A DNA stretch of 64,000 nucleotides from the NCBI GenBank assembly GCA_046563655.1, contig CM102285.1:62001-126000 (forward strand), written 5' to 3'. The stretch is from Yuukianura sp. NJ FZ-2021 (Eukaryota). Positions 50,239-63,162 of this stretch are shown piece after piece; position 1 is the stretch's first letter, and the number at the start of each line of letters is the position of its first letter. The notes beneath the pieces were generated by a model. That model ran no database searches, was not told the DNA's origin, and worked only from the letters and a program-made list of their open reading frames with translations. The position numbers and the translations under genes were made by a program.

Positions 50239-50509
50239 ACCTAATAACATTGAAAGTTCAATGATTGAACCCGTATTCTCTTTTTGTGACTCATTCAATC
50301 CATCAACCTTGCTAAATACAAATCATGCAATCACGGTGTACTAATTTTATCTGGTGCGACTGGCCGATAATTTACGGTTAGAGAAAAAATAAATAACACA
50401 AAAGTCAGAGAAAGGAATATCTATAATAAGATAATCACTGAATCACTTATTTTGTCTCACAATTTTGTTCAGTATTTGAATAGGACTGAAACGGACAGAA
50501 TAGCACAAA

Positions 50510-53225
50510 ATGAAAAGAAATAGCAATGGTGGACTTGACTCAATCAATGGCCCACGGATAATGGCCGCTGGAAATCATTCAGTTCCAAAAGGTTTGTTTT
50601 ATCGACGATTCTCTCTTTCATATGTTTTGGAAATGTATTTTAATAATATCAGCCCCGGACTTCTTCTATTTCAGGGAAACATACGCGTCATTTGTTTGAC
50701 GAGTTTGAAAATTTTAAGAAACTGGGAACTGGGTGCTTCGGTTTGGTTATACGAGCTACTAAAACGACAGGCGAAAATACTGACTATCATAAAGACTATG
50801 CCCTAAAATTGATTCCTTTTACAAACAACGTAGTAGATCCAAAAACGTTAGTTGAAGCGGAGAGGCTTTATACGTTGCCTGACCATCCTGCCGTTATACG
50901 ATGTGAAGCTTATTGGATTGACTCGTTTACCACGTCGGAACATCAACAATTTTTGGCCATCGTGAAACCAAAGAAAGACGGAATCATGGCTACTTTTCCA
51001 TCAAACGCCAACAAGTTTAATTTTTTGTGTATTCAAATGGAGTTATTTGGCGGTGGTGCAACATTGAAGAGCTGGCTTAAAGGCCGCCAACAACTTGATT
51101 CTCGCTTTGCTGTCAAAATTTTCTTGGAAATCGCTGCTGGTATTGGCCACATTCATGATCATGGTCTCATTCATCGGGATGTGAAGCCTTTAAATATTCT
51201 TTTCGATGGGGGAAAGACCAAAATCAGCGACCTTGGTTACGCGGCTAACCACTCTGCTGGAGACTACAATCATACCCAGAACGCGGGGGCGTCATTGTAC
51301 CAGTCACCTGAACAAAGTTACGGCAAGTATGGGAAACATGTGGACTACTACGCCTTGGGGCTCATTTTATATGAGCTGTTTCATTTACCAGCGCAAACTA
51401 ACGTGGGAGAATCTCTCACTTTGCTGAAGCATAAAATAGATGTGGTCGATGAACTCGAGCCGGAGTTCTCAGACGTGAAGATCCTTATTCGTCAACTTTT
51501 GTCCTTCACACCAACTGAACGACCCTGCGCCGACAAAATCATTTCACAGGTTATACATAAATGTATATATTATACTACATATGTAATATATACGCATATA
51601 ATATATGTATATTATGTGAGTACATGTATGAAGTACATGTATAATATATGTTTATATCTTTATGTTTATAAGACGGGGCTCACTTCCTATTGATTGGGAT
51701 AGCGAGGCCCACGCTGAACATGCGTCTGGTTTCATATTTCAGTTTCTCCTAGAAAAACAGCGTTATTCTATCGGGAGATCCCTCCGCATTTCCCGATTTA
51801 ACTTTCCTGACTTCTTGGTATTTTACAGGTTAATAATTGGTCGTTTTGGAAGAAACGCGCACGCTGCAGTGATAGCGATGAGGTCACCACAGTTTGTCTG
51901 CCGGCCATTGGAGGACTTGGGCTAAATGAAGATGAAGCTGAGGTGGCTTGTCGTTCATGCGCAAAAGCTCTGCCAGGGTTGCGTTTCAAGTGTTCTATTT
52001 GTGTTAATTTCTATCTTTGTGAAAACTGCGAAAAATTAGAAGGGTGTCACCCACCAGTACACGATTTGTTGAAAATTAAAACTCCGCTTCACAAAAAGGT
52101 AAAATCAATAAGAGATGAAAGATATTAATATATTATGCCAATAAATGAAAACAACAACTATTATGAATCACATTTAAACTAAAGTTACTGCTTCTGTTTT
52201 TCATAGGAAAACGTGTTTGGGGAACATTCCGATGGATGTCCTCACTATGAGCGTCGCTGCAAAATACAGGTAAAAAATATAAATCGGATCTCAAAGCAGC
52301 AAAACTTTTTAGTAGTTTTAAAGAGGATTAGGTGCAAGTACTATAAGCTTCACTTTATCTTCTACTATTTATTATTATTCGATTTCATTCACTGCTGACA
52401 GTGTCCAGACAAAAATTGCGCAAGATTTTTTCCATGTCGTTTGTGTCACGACAAATTGATCAAAGGTCACAAACTGGACCGGAAAGAAGTTGTTACCATC
52501 CAATGCAATATGTGTAGTCAACTTCAAGTCCCTGCCAAAATGTGTCGGAGTTGTGGAACAGCTTTCGCCAAGGTAAAAATGTTGGGAATTTATCTCAAAC
52601 TGTTTGTATTCCATATTGAAATGTTTACGTTTTCATGACTTGATTTAATTTCAGTACTACTGCTCTAAATGCACTTTGTATGATGACAATGAATACGCCA
52701 CAAGAATGATCTTCCATTGTGACCGTTGTGGATTCTGTCGGAGACGAACCGTAGAAGGAGCTCAATACGAGCATTGTGACACTTGCCAAATGTGTTACCC
52801 CACTGTGTTGCAATATGCCAGTGACGAAGAACCCGTGCTCAAATTTCCGGACCATGAGGTACGAGTATTGAAATAAAAAGCACTATTTCCCGTATTTTTA
52901 TTCCTTAGTTTTTGAATATGAACTTCATTTTAAGTTATCAATTGCGTTACAGTGTTCTCAAAATGCTGGGAAGTTGCTATGCAACGTTTGCGGCCAGAGG
53001 ATGCACGATTCTACCGATCCGGCTTGCTTGGCATCATGTCATCATTACGTCCATGTTTCATGCCTCCAGAAGTTTCCGGAGGGACAAGACAAGTGCCCAA
53101 TCTGTGGGCACTGGTAAAATATATGTTCTTTGACAAAGCGTAACCACTTTTTCAAAGTACCACGTAATCTTGACCCCTTGATTTATTTGTATTTACGATT
53201 AGTTCTAAAGGCTATTGGATTTTGA
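50510..53225 (+). CDS. eIF2-alpha-kinase-like protein kinase fused to a ZZ finger and an RCHY1/Pirh2-like CHY-CTCHY-RING module (8 exons)
   Basis: LGTGCFGLV, YALKLI, LCIQMEL, IHRDVKPLNI, KISDLG, YQSPEQ; CRSC..RFKCSICVNFYLCENC; GCPHYERRCKI, FPCRLCHD, YYCSKCTLYDD, FHCDRCGFCR; CNVC..CHHYVHVSC..CPIC. Confidence 0.75.
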
Positions 53226-54343
53226 ATTAAAATAAGATATAAACCAGGACATAAAGTATGATATCAAATAGCAATTGAAGATTGAGTTTTCGAATGTGAA
53301 ACGTTATAAGGAAATTTTTACCGTTTGCATGCTATGGTCAATGGTGGAATCGTTTCTGCAAATTTTCAGAAAGTTAAAATTAAAATTTCCTTACCGAATT
53401 TACTAATTTTTGAATTAAATTTCATTTTTAGTCGAGGTTTGCAGTTTTCTTTTTCTTTTTTTTTGGAAATAAAATCTATAAAGAATTGGTTCCTGTAAGG
53501 AGGTAACTGTGTGAGAGATGCCAATTTGATTTCGAGGAAAGCGGGGGAGATTCGAATTTGAAACAAGTCAGCTGATCGAGATTTCGTATTTTTGAATTTG
53601 TTTTCCTTTTTCATTTTCATCCATGTCAACGTTAACTCCTAATTAAATTGAAATCTTGAAATCTTAATTCAAATCGTTCATTAACCGTCAGTAGCGTTAA
53701 CAAAAAGTAATTGAATTGATATCATTCGCCGAACTAATTAATAATCTTGTGACCTCTGCAGTAGTCAGGGAAGGACATAGCGACAAAGGACAAACGACAA
53801 AGATTGACAGAATTCTTCATTTTGGTTTCCTCTCACAACTTGTAAGTCACATGTCACATGTAATTCGATTCTGCTCAAAGTTCAATTAACCTTTGATTAG
53901 CTTTGCAATTAATTAGGTTTGTGGTTTAGGTTGTGTTTGAGTCATATGACAAGTTAACTCGGCTAAAAAGGTAAGAGCGCATCCCGCTCTTCTAATTGTA
54001 AACAATCGGTTACGTTTCGTCGTCGGTTTTGTGGTTTGTGTACTTCCGAACTCGTGCTTCTTGTCTGTCATTCCTTGTCCTCCTGTGCTGAATTAAAATT
54101 ATACTTAACTCTTAATTTAATTCTCAATTACCTACTTAACATTCTCTAAAGTCAAAGTATCTTGGATAATTCAGCCATTTTTATGGTCAGTTCCACTCGT
54201 GACACGACGTTGCACAGACGTCGGCTCCAAGTTAACTCATAAAAGCAAAAGAAGTAGTTAAACTAAAACTAGTAAGTAAAATTACTTTATTTTTAGTTTT
54301 TAGTAATTTTCGTTATTGTTATGACTTTTACAGATTTGGATCA

Positions 54344-55576
54344 ATGGGTACCGCAATGGACGCTTCGCAGTCTCGGCCTCCTGTTTCGTTCCTGGACGAA
54401 GTGACGATGGAGGACTTCAAGAAGACCCTGGAGTGTCCCATTTGTCTGGAAACTGTCATTTCTCCAGTGGTCAACTGCACTGCTGGACACATCATCTGCA
54501 GTCTCTGTCGGCAGAGAGTCAACAAATGTGCTCTCTGCGGAAACTCTTTCACTTCCAGCAGAAACTATACCGTGGAGGCCATTCTGGGACTAATTGAGGT
54601 CAAATGCAGGTATCCTCTGTGTCAACTCCAGATGAAGGCGGACAAGCTACGGGAGCATTTGGATGTCTGTGACTACCGGTATAAACATTAATTTAAACTA
54701 AAAGTAATCACAATTAAAAATCTAAGTTAATTGATTAATTTCAGACCTATTCCGTGTTACGAGTACTGCATTGTCAGATGCAATGGAAATTTGATTAACT
54801 TTGAGGATTACCCAAACCATTTGATGGAAGTCCACCGAACAAGGTGCAAGACGTCGGACGAACCGGAGTTCCAGCGGATCAATCTCTCAAATGCTCTTGA
54901 AGGTAAACACTTTTCGAAATTTTGAAAGATTTTTGAAATGAAAGTGTTTTTTTTTTTAGTGAAATGGCCAATCTTTCTTCTAAGTCACAAGAACATGACG
55001 TTCTTCCTGCACCGAAAATCGGTCATAAACAACTTGATGTGCTGGGTGTCCATGATGGCTCCCACGGACGAAGCTGTCAACAACTTGTTCCGACTAAGGA
55101 TCCAACATCCTACTGATCTCAGAGTAAGTTATAAAAGTTATAAATTATAAAAATTATAAATTATAAGTTATAAATTATAAAAATTATAAAACTTATTATT
55201 ATGTTTGTAGAAGTACATGGAGTGGGGCGTCTGTGCGAATTCTGTTCACTCGCCTTTGGATCGAATCAAGGAATCCGGCAACTGCGTTTTCATCCCCTAC
55301 GAAGCACTGACGCCCTACTGCGAACGCAGAGTGAGACACACGACCGGTCAAGTTTTTGAGTTCAAGTGGACCATGAAGATCATCATTGACCGGACACGGA
55401 CAGAGGATCAGTCCACATCTCAAGATGCTGACATGGACAACAACCAGGTCAACACGAACCCACCTCCGCAACCGACAGACTTCAACTACAAATTCCTCAT
55501 TGAGGAAGTATCAGAGTCAGAAGCCGACTGCTTCATCACCACATTTCCAAATCAACGCCCTGACATTGTTCCATAA
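54344..55576 (+). CDS. SIAH/Sina-like RING E3 ligase 1 (exons 54344-54678, 54745-54902, 54959-55123, 55211-55576)
   Basis: LECPICLETVISPVVNCTAGHIICSLC..CALC, RNYTVEAI, CRY..C..H...CDYRP, HLMEVH. Confidence 0.88.
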
Positions 55577-56039
55577 CCTCACACGATCCACAATCCACAT
55601 TCGCTTGAAGCGATCCATAATCCATAATCCACATTTATCAACTTGAAGCGATCCATAATAATCCATAATCCACATATTGATCCACTTGAGGGATGGATCC
55701 ACAATCCGCGAGTTTATACTTTTGTTAATCCTTCAACTTTAAACACTACACTGACTACAATGTAAGTTGCCCTTTTAACCTGTGTGACAAGTTAATCTTA
55801 ACCTAACAAAATCGAACTTTATTTAAAAAAAATATTCATTAGTCTTACAAAAATGTTTTAGTCAATTAATTCAACTGCTAATTCATGATTAATTCATGAT
55901 TAATTTTCAATTTTTTCTTGGTTTATACCTAATTCATTGCCGCTCTACATCTAAAGTTGTTCCGGATTCGGAGAGTAACCGGTATTTGCTAATTAACTGA
56001 CCCACTTTTTATGTTTTCTCTATATGAATTATGTCCCAT

Positions 56040-56200
56040 GAAATAGAGAACTTTTCTCTGAATTAATTCCCGGGAAATAGGGTACTTTTGTCTGAATTAA
56101 TTACCGGGAAATAGGGTACTTCTCTCTGAATTAATTACCGGGAAATAGGGTACTTTTGTCTTAATTAATTACCGGGAAATTGGGTACTTTTGTCTGAAAA
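56040..56200. repeat. 34-bp minisatellite, about 4 copies
   Basis: Unit ctgaattaattaccgggaaatagggtacttttgt. Confidence 0.8.
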
Positions 56201-57914
56201 TAATCTGGATATGAGTGGAACAGTGCAATAAACTGTACCAATTCGTTGGTAAGCGTTAACACCGCAACTTAAAATGTGTTACGGCGGGTCAAGCTCAGGT
56301 CGGGTAAGGGTAGGTGCAGGTCAAGGTATGTTTTTTTTTTTGAAGTGAAAGATACCGATGACATTTTGTTTTTAGGGCGGCAGTGAAGCATTGTTGGACT
56401 CATGTCAGTTTGAGTGAATGATGGCAGTGAAGGTTGGATACTTAAGTCCTTTGTTAATCTATTTCTGGGAGGAAAACAATTACTTTTGTGTCCACCCTCA
56501 CCTTCTAGCTGAAGAGAAAAAGAGAGAAATACCCTCCCTCTCTTTGGATATCCGACGAAAGGACTCGGAGGAGTTGGACAGAGAGTCGGTGGTTTGGAAT
56601 GCATTTAGTGCAGTTCCTCCGAATACTCGGATTCACAAGTCCAAGGATCCTCCAACTGAGAAGAGCTGCGACCAAGGACATTGGACCACAATCCAATAAC
56701 AGGAACTCAATCATTGTCTCACGGTAAGCCACATTTTACAACCGATTTTGTGCTTTTTTCATAAGATTCATTCACCGGTGGTTATGTTTTACGTTGTAAG
56801 GTGGTAAGGTGGTTTTGTTTTTATGTTGTAGGTGGTAAGGTGGCTGAGCAAGTGAATCACTCACTGGATTCTGGATTCTTACTTTGATAAGTGACGATTG
56901 ACTAATATGGGGTGGAGCTGAATCTGGGTCATCTCATTACCACTACAAAGTTGACATTGGGATTAGAAATCACCCGAATTCTGGAATCTGGATTGACTCA
57001 CAAGTGGATTTGTCGCTGCGAGTGTCGCTTTAGCACTGCGCTCAATCACACTTTCTCCAGCGACCCGTGAGTATCTGCTATTCCAGTAATCGATTAATGG
57101 CGCCAGTAAGAATATATAAAACAATCTCTTATAGTCATGGGTCTGGTATTTTTACGTTTAGTTCGGACAGATAACGAATAGTTAACGTTTGCTAAACGTT
57201 CTGGAAGGAGGCCAAGTCACCCCGTGGCCAATGACATGAGAACAGCAGCGTTTGAGTCACTTTTCGTGTCATTTTCTTTTATACTTTTGTTATCCGAATT
57301 TTTAATGATAAGAGTTAACGATCATGAGTCAAAAGTTAAACAATTCAGACTAATTGAGAATTCGTGACAACTTTTCATTTCCAAAATCCAAAACTTCGAA
57401 TCCCTGGAACTTGAATTGAGTGTAATTTATTATGAAAAGCTTATCTCAGAGGTCAAATTCCTTAGAAAGTGTTAGCAAATTTAGTAATGTTTGAATGAGG
57501 TCAAGAGGTCAATGACGTTCTGTTTAACTGTTCCCTCGAATCTGTCAATGGGTATTCCTTGAAACCAACTACTTTCTAACACAACTAACGTCCAAGTCGT
57601 GAGAATCATAGTCTTCTCTCGGTCTCAGAAGTGTCAATCTTGTTTTTTTTTCTACTATAACAAATCGCTGTCAGCGATTCGCTGATAATTCCAAGTGTTA
57701 AGAAGTTAAATCAACAGGGACGTCATTAACGTCAAAATTCTGTCGTCGGTGTGTCGATTTCCGCCAGTAATCGATACAACTAAAAAGTTAATGTCACTCT
57801 AACCACTTTTTACTTCAAAGGAATGTCTGGGAGTGACCATAAAGTGTCCAAAAATGTCAATTGTTGATTCAAGATATAACTAATTACTTCTTTGTTTAAA
57901 TTTTAGATTAACTG

Positions 57915-59828
57915 ATGATGGAGAAGGACTCGAGTTGTGAAAACAGCAGAGTAACGACTCCCACGATCACAAATATCACCAGTCCCACGGACCCTACTGC
58001 CTGTACTACTGGAAATACTGGCAATAGTACTGCCAGTGGAGCACCATTTGGAGTTTTCACGAGCAAGAAGATGTCAGAAACGTTTCTGCGTACACTGGAG
58101 TGTCCCGTTTGTCTGGAAATTGTGATTCCGCCAGTATTTAGTTGCACTCTGGGCCACATCATCTGTTCCATGTGTAGACCGAAACTATCAAAATGTGGAC
58201 TGTGTGGCAGTGCCTTTACGACGATAAGGAACTACCCGATCGAAGCGATGCTGGGATTGGTTGAAACTGAATGTCGACACAACTCTTGTTCTATGACTCT
58301 GATGGCGGATAAGATGAAAGAGCATTTGTCAGTGTGTGAGTATCGACCGATTCCATGTCACGAGGTCACGGTCATGGCAGAGTGCAAGGGAACCTTGGTC
58401 AACTTTGAAGACTATACGAGACATCTAATGGAAGTGCATGGCAAGAGCTACGTCGATCTCACGACGGAGTATCCCGAGTTTGTCGTCTACGACGTTTCGA
58501 CAACGTTTCACGGTAAGTTTTTTGAAATAGAGATTTAGAAAGTAAGGTTTTTTTTAAATGTTGTATGATTTGTAATTTGTAGGGATTAATTTTTCAGGGT
58601 CTCAGTTGCTGGGTGTGATGAACTACAAGGGGAAAACGTTTTTCCTACGTCGTGACTACGTGTTCCCTCGACACTATGCAATGTGCTGGGTCACTGTCAT
58701 GGCGCCAGAACAAGAAGCGAGGAAGTACACCTTCCATCTCAAAATTACTGACCCCAAGGATCACAGGGTAAGGCCATAAACTTTGTAATTCCTATAATTT
58801 ACAGAAATTTATATATAATTTTATAGAAAATAATTTATACAATTTAGTTTAAGCATAGAATTGACGGCATGCAGTACAGGGGGTGGAAAGAGGTTTGGCT
58901 AAGTGACGTCAGAGATTTGAAACAATCGCAGGAGTCGTTACTTTATAAAGTCCATAATTTTATAATTTCTATAATTTTGTATAAAATTATTATAAAATTA
59001 TAGAAATTATACAATTAGTAATAATCCGGGAGCTTGAGTTGAAATTATAACTCCAGCTCCCGGATTATTATCGTAAGTTAAGAACCTATGTCAAAAGTTT
59101 CTTAATTCATCGCCAGATTTGATGGATTAGTTTAACCTAAGTGAATAGTGCTATTAGTTGTGGAGTAATCGATTGATTAATGTTGTGATTACTTTTAGAA
59201 ATCTATGGAGTGGAGAATCCGTGCCCATTCGATTCAAGCTTCCGTTGACATGCTGAAGACTTCGGGAGACTGTGCCTTCATTCCATACGATGCTCTTATC
59301 CCGTTCTGTGAGCGCAAGTACATTCCAACTCCTAATGGGCAACTGTGGGAGTACAAGTGGACCATGGTGGGAAAAGTGTCAGAGTACGACCCACCCCCAC
59401 CCATTGTCCAGCCACACTCTTGTGCCCACATGACTTCCACCAACAACCCCCCATCAGGGGGTGGGGCCCAGGTCAACCCACTCAACTTGTGCAGTTCCTC
59501 TACTTCAAGTTCCTCTGGTGGCTCAGCTTTTGGTGGCTCCGGCACCAGCGGTGGCACCGCCCCACCATCCAGCAGCTCTTCCTACAATCATCTCAACTCG
59601 TCGTTCAACTACAGTGGCAACCCCATGGGAATGGGTGGCAACACTCTCAGCTACTCCATCAGTGGCAACGCTTCCAGCGCCTCAGGCTCCTCCCACCACC
59701 AACCATTCCGTGTCATCCATCCGACGCAACTGCGAAGTTCAATTCCCACCGCACTTGCGTTCTTCCCGACCTCTGAAATCAGTTTTCCAACTTCTGGCAT
59801 GCCAGGCTTTGGACAGCCACGCTACTGA
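57915..59828 (+). CDS. SIAH/Sina-like RING E3 ligase 2 with Ser/Gly-rich C-terminal extension (3 exons)
   Basis: LECPVCLEIVIPPVFSCTLGHIICSMC..CGLC, RNYPIEAM, CEYRP; C-terminal exon parallels gene 1 (MEW...SGDCAFIPYDALIPFCER). Confidence 0.88.
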
Positions 59829-60924
59829 AAAAACAAGACTGGACAACTGAAATTAGACAAAGCAATAAACAGCCAATAATTGCAAAAAGAAGCTACACAC
59901 AATAAGAGCCACAGCCGAAACGACCCACACTTTCCGGAATTCCAATTTTAGAAGTTTTACGGTAAAAATCCAAGTAATTCCGCTCAAACGATTTGTTTTC
60001 GTTTTTATTCCCTCAATTTCTGTACGGTTTCAATGAAATTTTTTCAGTTTTTCAGAGTTTCATTTGTTTAGTTGTTAATTCTTAAATTTTTATCTTTTTT
60101 TCAGCTGTTTTTGTTATTGTAAAGCTCAATTCGAGGTGGTTTTGAGAAATGGCTTGTCGTTGTCGATGACAAAAATAATTATTAATTGCAAAAATTACCA
60201 ATTAATTAGTTAATTAGTTTAATTTTGGCTCAATTTAAGTTCCTTTCTGCGCCTGCGTGCGTGCATTACCAATCTAACATTACCACCGAGAAGCAAAAGT
60301 GCAAAGTGCTCACATTCCTGGGTGAGACACTTTAAACTTTTTATGTAACATAATTTATTTATAATATAATATAATTTAAGTACTATTTAAATATTATATA
60401 AAAATTATTTCGACTTTTTTGTTCAATCACGATCTTATTCATTCCAAAATGTAGAAAAAACGAAACTTAATTTCCAATTTGGCTTAGAGTTAAGGAGGAA
60501 ATTAATTTTGATTTTCACAATCGATATTCAATCAAGAGAAATCAGAGTTTAATTTCAACTGGGTAAGAAAAATCTGTTTTTTGAAAAAAAAAATTGTTTT
60601 TGTAAAACGTTTCCTATTTCTAATTTTCTATTTTCCCTCTTATATACCAGTTTCAAATTTTGAAAAGAGTAATTAAAAAGTTGCGTGTTAAAAATAACAA
60701 GTTTAATACTACTAAAACTCCCTTCCTTTTTGCATGCTAAATCCCAAAAGTGTGATAAACATTTATGGAATCTATTTCAATAAAATATGGAAGGTTTACA
60801 CGAAAAAGTAACGTTTTTCGGATTTTTTAACTTCTGAAATCTTTTAGATTAAAATGGATTGTCCTTGTACTTTGATTAGATTAATTATAGACTAACTTTT
60901 GTTAATTGACTTAATTAACTTTTT

Positions 60925-62049
60925 TTACCTTTCTTCTGCTGCTGCTAACTTTTTCTTAATCTGTGAAGGTTTGGCAGTACTCACACAGAAGTTGTCTGCT
61001 ATGTAAAAACGTAACAAGTCGGTTTGGCTAGATTGCGGAGCAGAACTGATTCCAATTCGAGTGGCTTCCACAACCTCGAGCGTTTCCGTTTCGTATTTTG
61101 GATCGTCGTTGTCCTCAATCCAGAGAAGACAAGATGTAGTCAAGTCCAGCTGATCACAAGTTGATTTCTCAATGTTAAGTGCCTGAAAGTTAACGAATTT
61201 TCAAAATTTTGAGAATTTTTTGTCTGAGTTTTACTACGTATAAAACCATTTCAGTTTTAATTATGTTTTGTTTCTTACCTTGCATAATTTTCCTGGACCG
61301 TTACAAAGTTGATGGAGTTTGAACTTTGATTTAGTTTGAACTATGGAATCGGCTGGATCTGGAGTATCTTCCTGAACAGGTTCGTTAAGGTTGATCAATG
61401 CAGCAGATTCTTTGGACAGAAGCTGTTTTGCGGAAGAAGTGCGACTTCCGGACCGAGTTGTCCGTCCAGATTCAGTTGCCACGGCTGTGTCTAGTGACGA
61501 AGGAGCAGTTTTCATCTTCTTTGCTTTCTTTTCCAGACGAAACTGCTCCATAACTTCCAAGTCCAGCGGTTCATCCTTCGGTTCCACAGCACGAACTAAA
61601 CAGGCTGATCCAGCACCTAGATAACACAAAATCAAGCAGCATAGAACACTTTACACTGTAGAGTTTACAGTTAATTGAGTAAGAGTTATGATTAGTAATA
61701 AAGACTTACCGAGAGCAGAGATGTTGATCATGTTGAAGACACCATAGGTCATGTACACCCAAGTAGTTCCAGGCTCCATGAAGATCCCGGCATTCTTGTC
61801 CGTTTGTTTTGTGATGAAACAGTGGACACCAAGGTCTTTAGCCTCTTCCGATCCAGGATAAGCCTCCGTCTCCACAATTGTGCCTCGCAGAAGCTGTCCC
61901 GTTGGTAAGCATCTGACCAACACTTTACCGAGGAGGCTTTTGGCAAGGTCAAGGCTGTTCTGAGCGTAAAAGTCGCGCTGGAGACGATTCTGTCCAACCA
62001 TTTCCTCTCCTACCAATTTCACCAGTTTTTGAACATGGTGTCTCTTCAT
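60925..62049 (-). CDS. MPG: DNA-3-methyladenine glycosylase (3 exons)
   Basis: LAKSLLGKVLVR, GTIVETEAY, WVYMTYG, ACLVRAVEP, LCNGPGKLC, RIGIS, LRFYI. Confidence 0.92.
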
Positions 62050-63162
62050 CTTCTTCGTTTTTATTTTTAGTCACTCTGAAAACACGAATTGAATTAGACT
62101 CTAGTATAATTAAATTATTAAATTAATCGATTAGGTACTTCAAGACTTACCGCACTGCACTGCACACAAGTTTTGCATTTCGTTTTGGCACGATGTTTCA
62201 TGTGACAAAACATGTGTTTTTGTTTTGTTTTTTTGATAGGTTTGCGGAATTCCCGCTCTAAAAATTCAAAAATGCAGAAATGAGAATGTGAGGGAGCGGA
62301 GAGGGGCGGAATTACGAGGGAAAAACCACTTGAAAAACTTAAAGCAAAAGACATATTTACGAGAACGGGGTGTGGGAAAATTTTAAATAATTATAATTAT
62401 TTATAACAAAACGCTACCCAAAAAAACTATAAATAAGTTAATCCAGATAAGAAAATTTGCAATTTTCTGTGTTTGGCGGTTTTACTGCTTAAACCGGAGT
62501 TTCCTTATTACTATCGTGCCGGATTTTGGAATATAATTATTAATAAACTCAAAGCTTAAGTTTTACATTACTATAACTCTGATAGTTAGAACCATACAAG
62601 GTGTCGATTTTATTCTCGATTTTATATATAGAGATTTTTAATATGTTTAAAACTTTTATTTAAATTTCATTTATAACATTAAATTCAACATTTAAAACTA
62701 TTTTAATACTAAACATTCTCTTATTACACCGCACCCTGGGAGGGGCGCATATTTTGTTGGAGTGGTGCGGTTAGAAAGTGCATATGTGCTTAGGCGTGCC
62801 GCGTCCGTCCTTTTGTCTGCGTGCGGAAAAAGAGAAGCTAAAGACGGAAAAGAGGGCCGTGTGTGCAAAATGCAGCTGTGATCTCCGTCTCTTTCATTTT
62901 CTTCGATGTTTTGAAAAATTGAAGCGTCTCTTGTTATTGTTTACTTCCGGTTTCACACAAACCTTGTCATTAATCAATCCAAGGTCGAAGGTCAAGGGTG
63001 AACCACAGGAGTAGAAGGTATTGTTTAGTTAAATTATAACAGATAATGGAATCATTCATTACTGCTATGTTTGTTTGTTTACAAATGGCGAAAAAAGTTG
63101 TTAATCGTCCTCATATTCGTTTTGTTTACGTTTTAGGTGTATCCAGCTTCCTCAGCAGTGCA

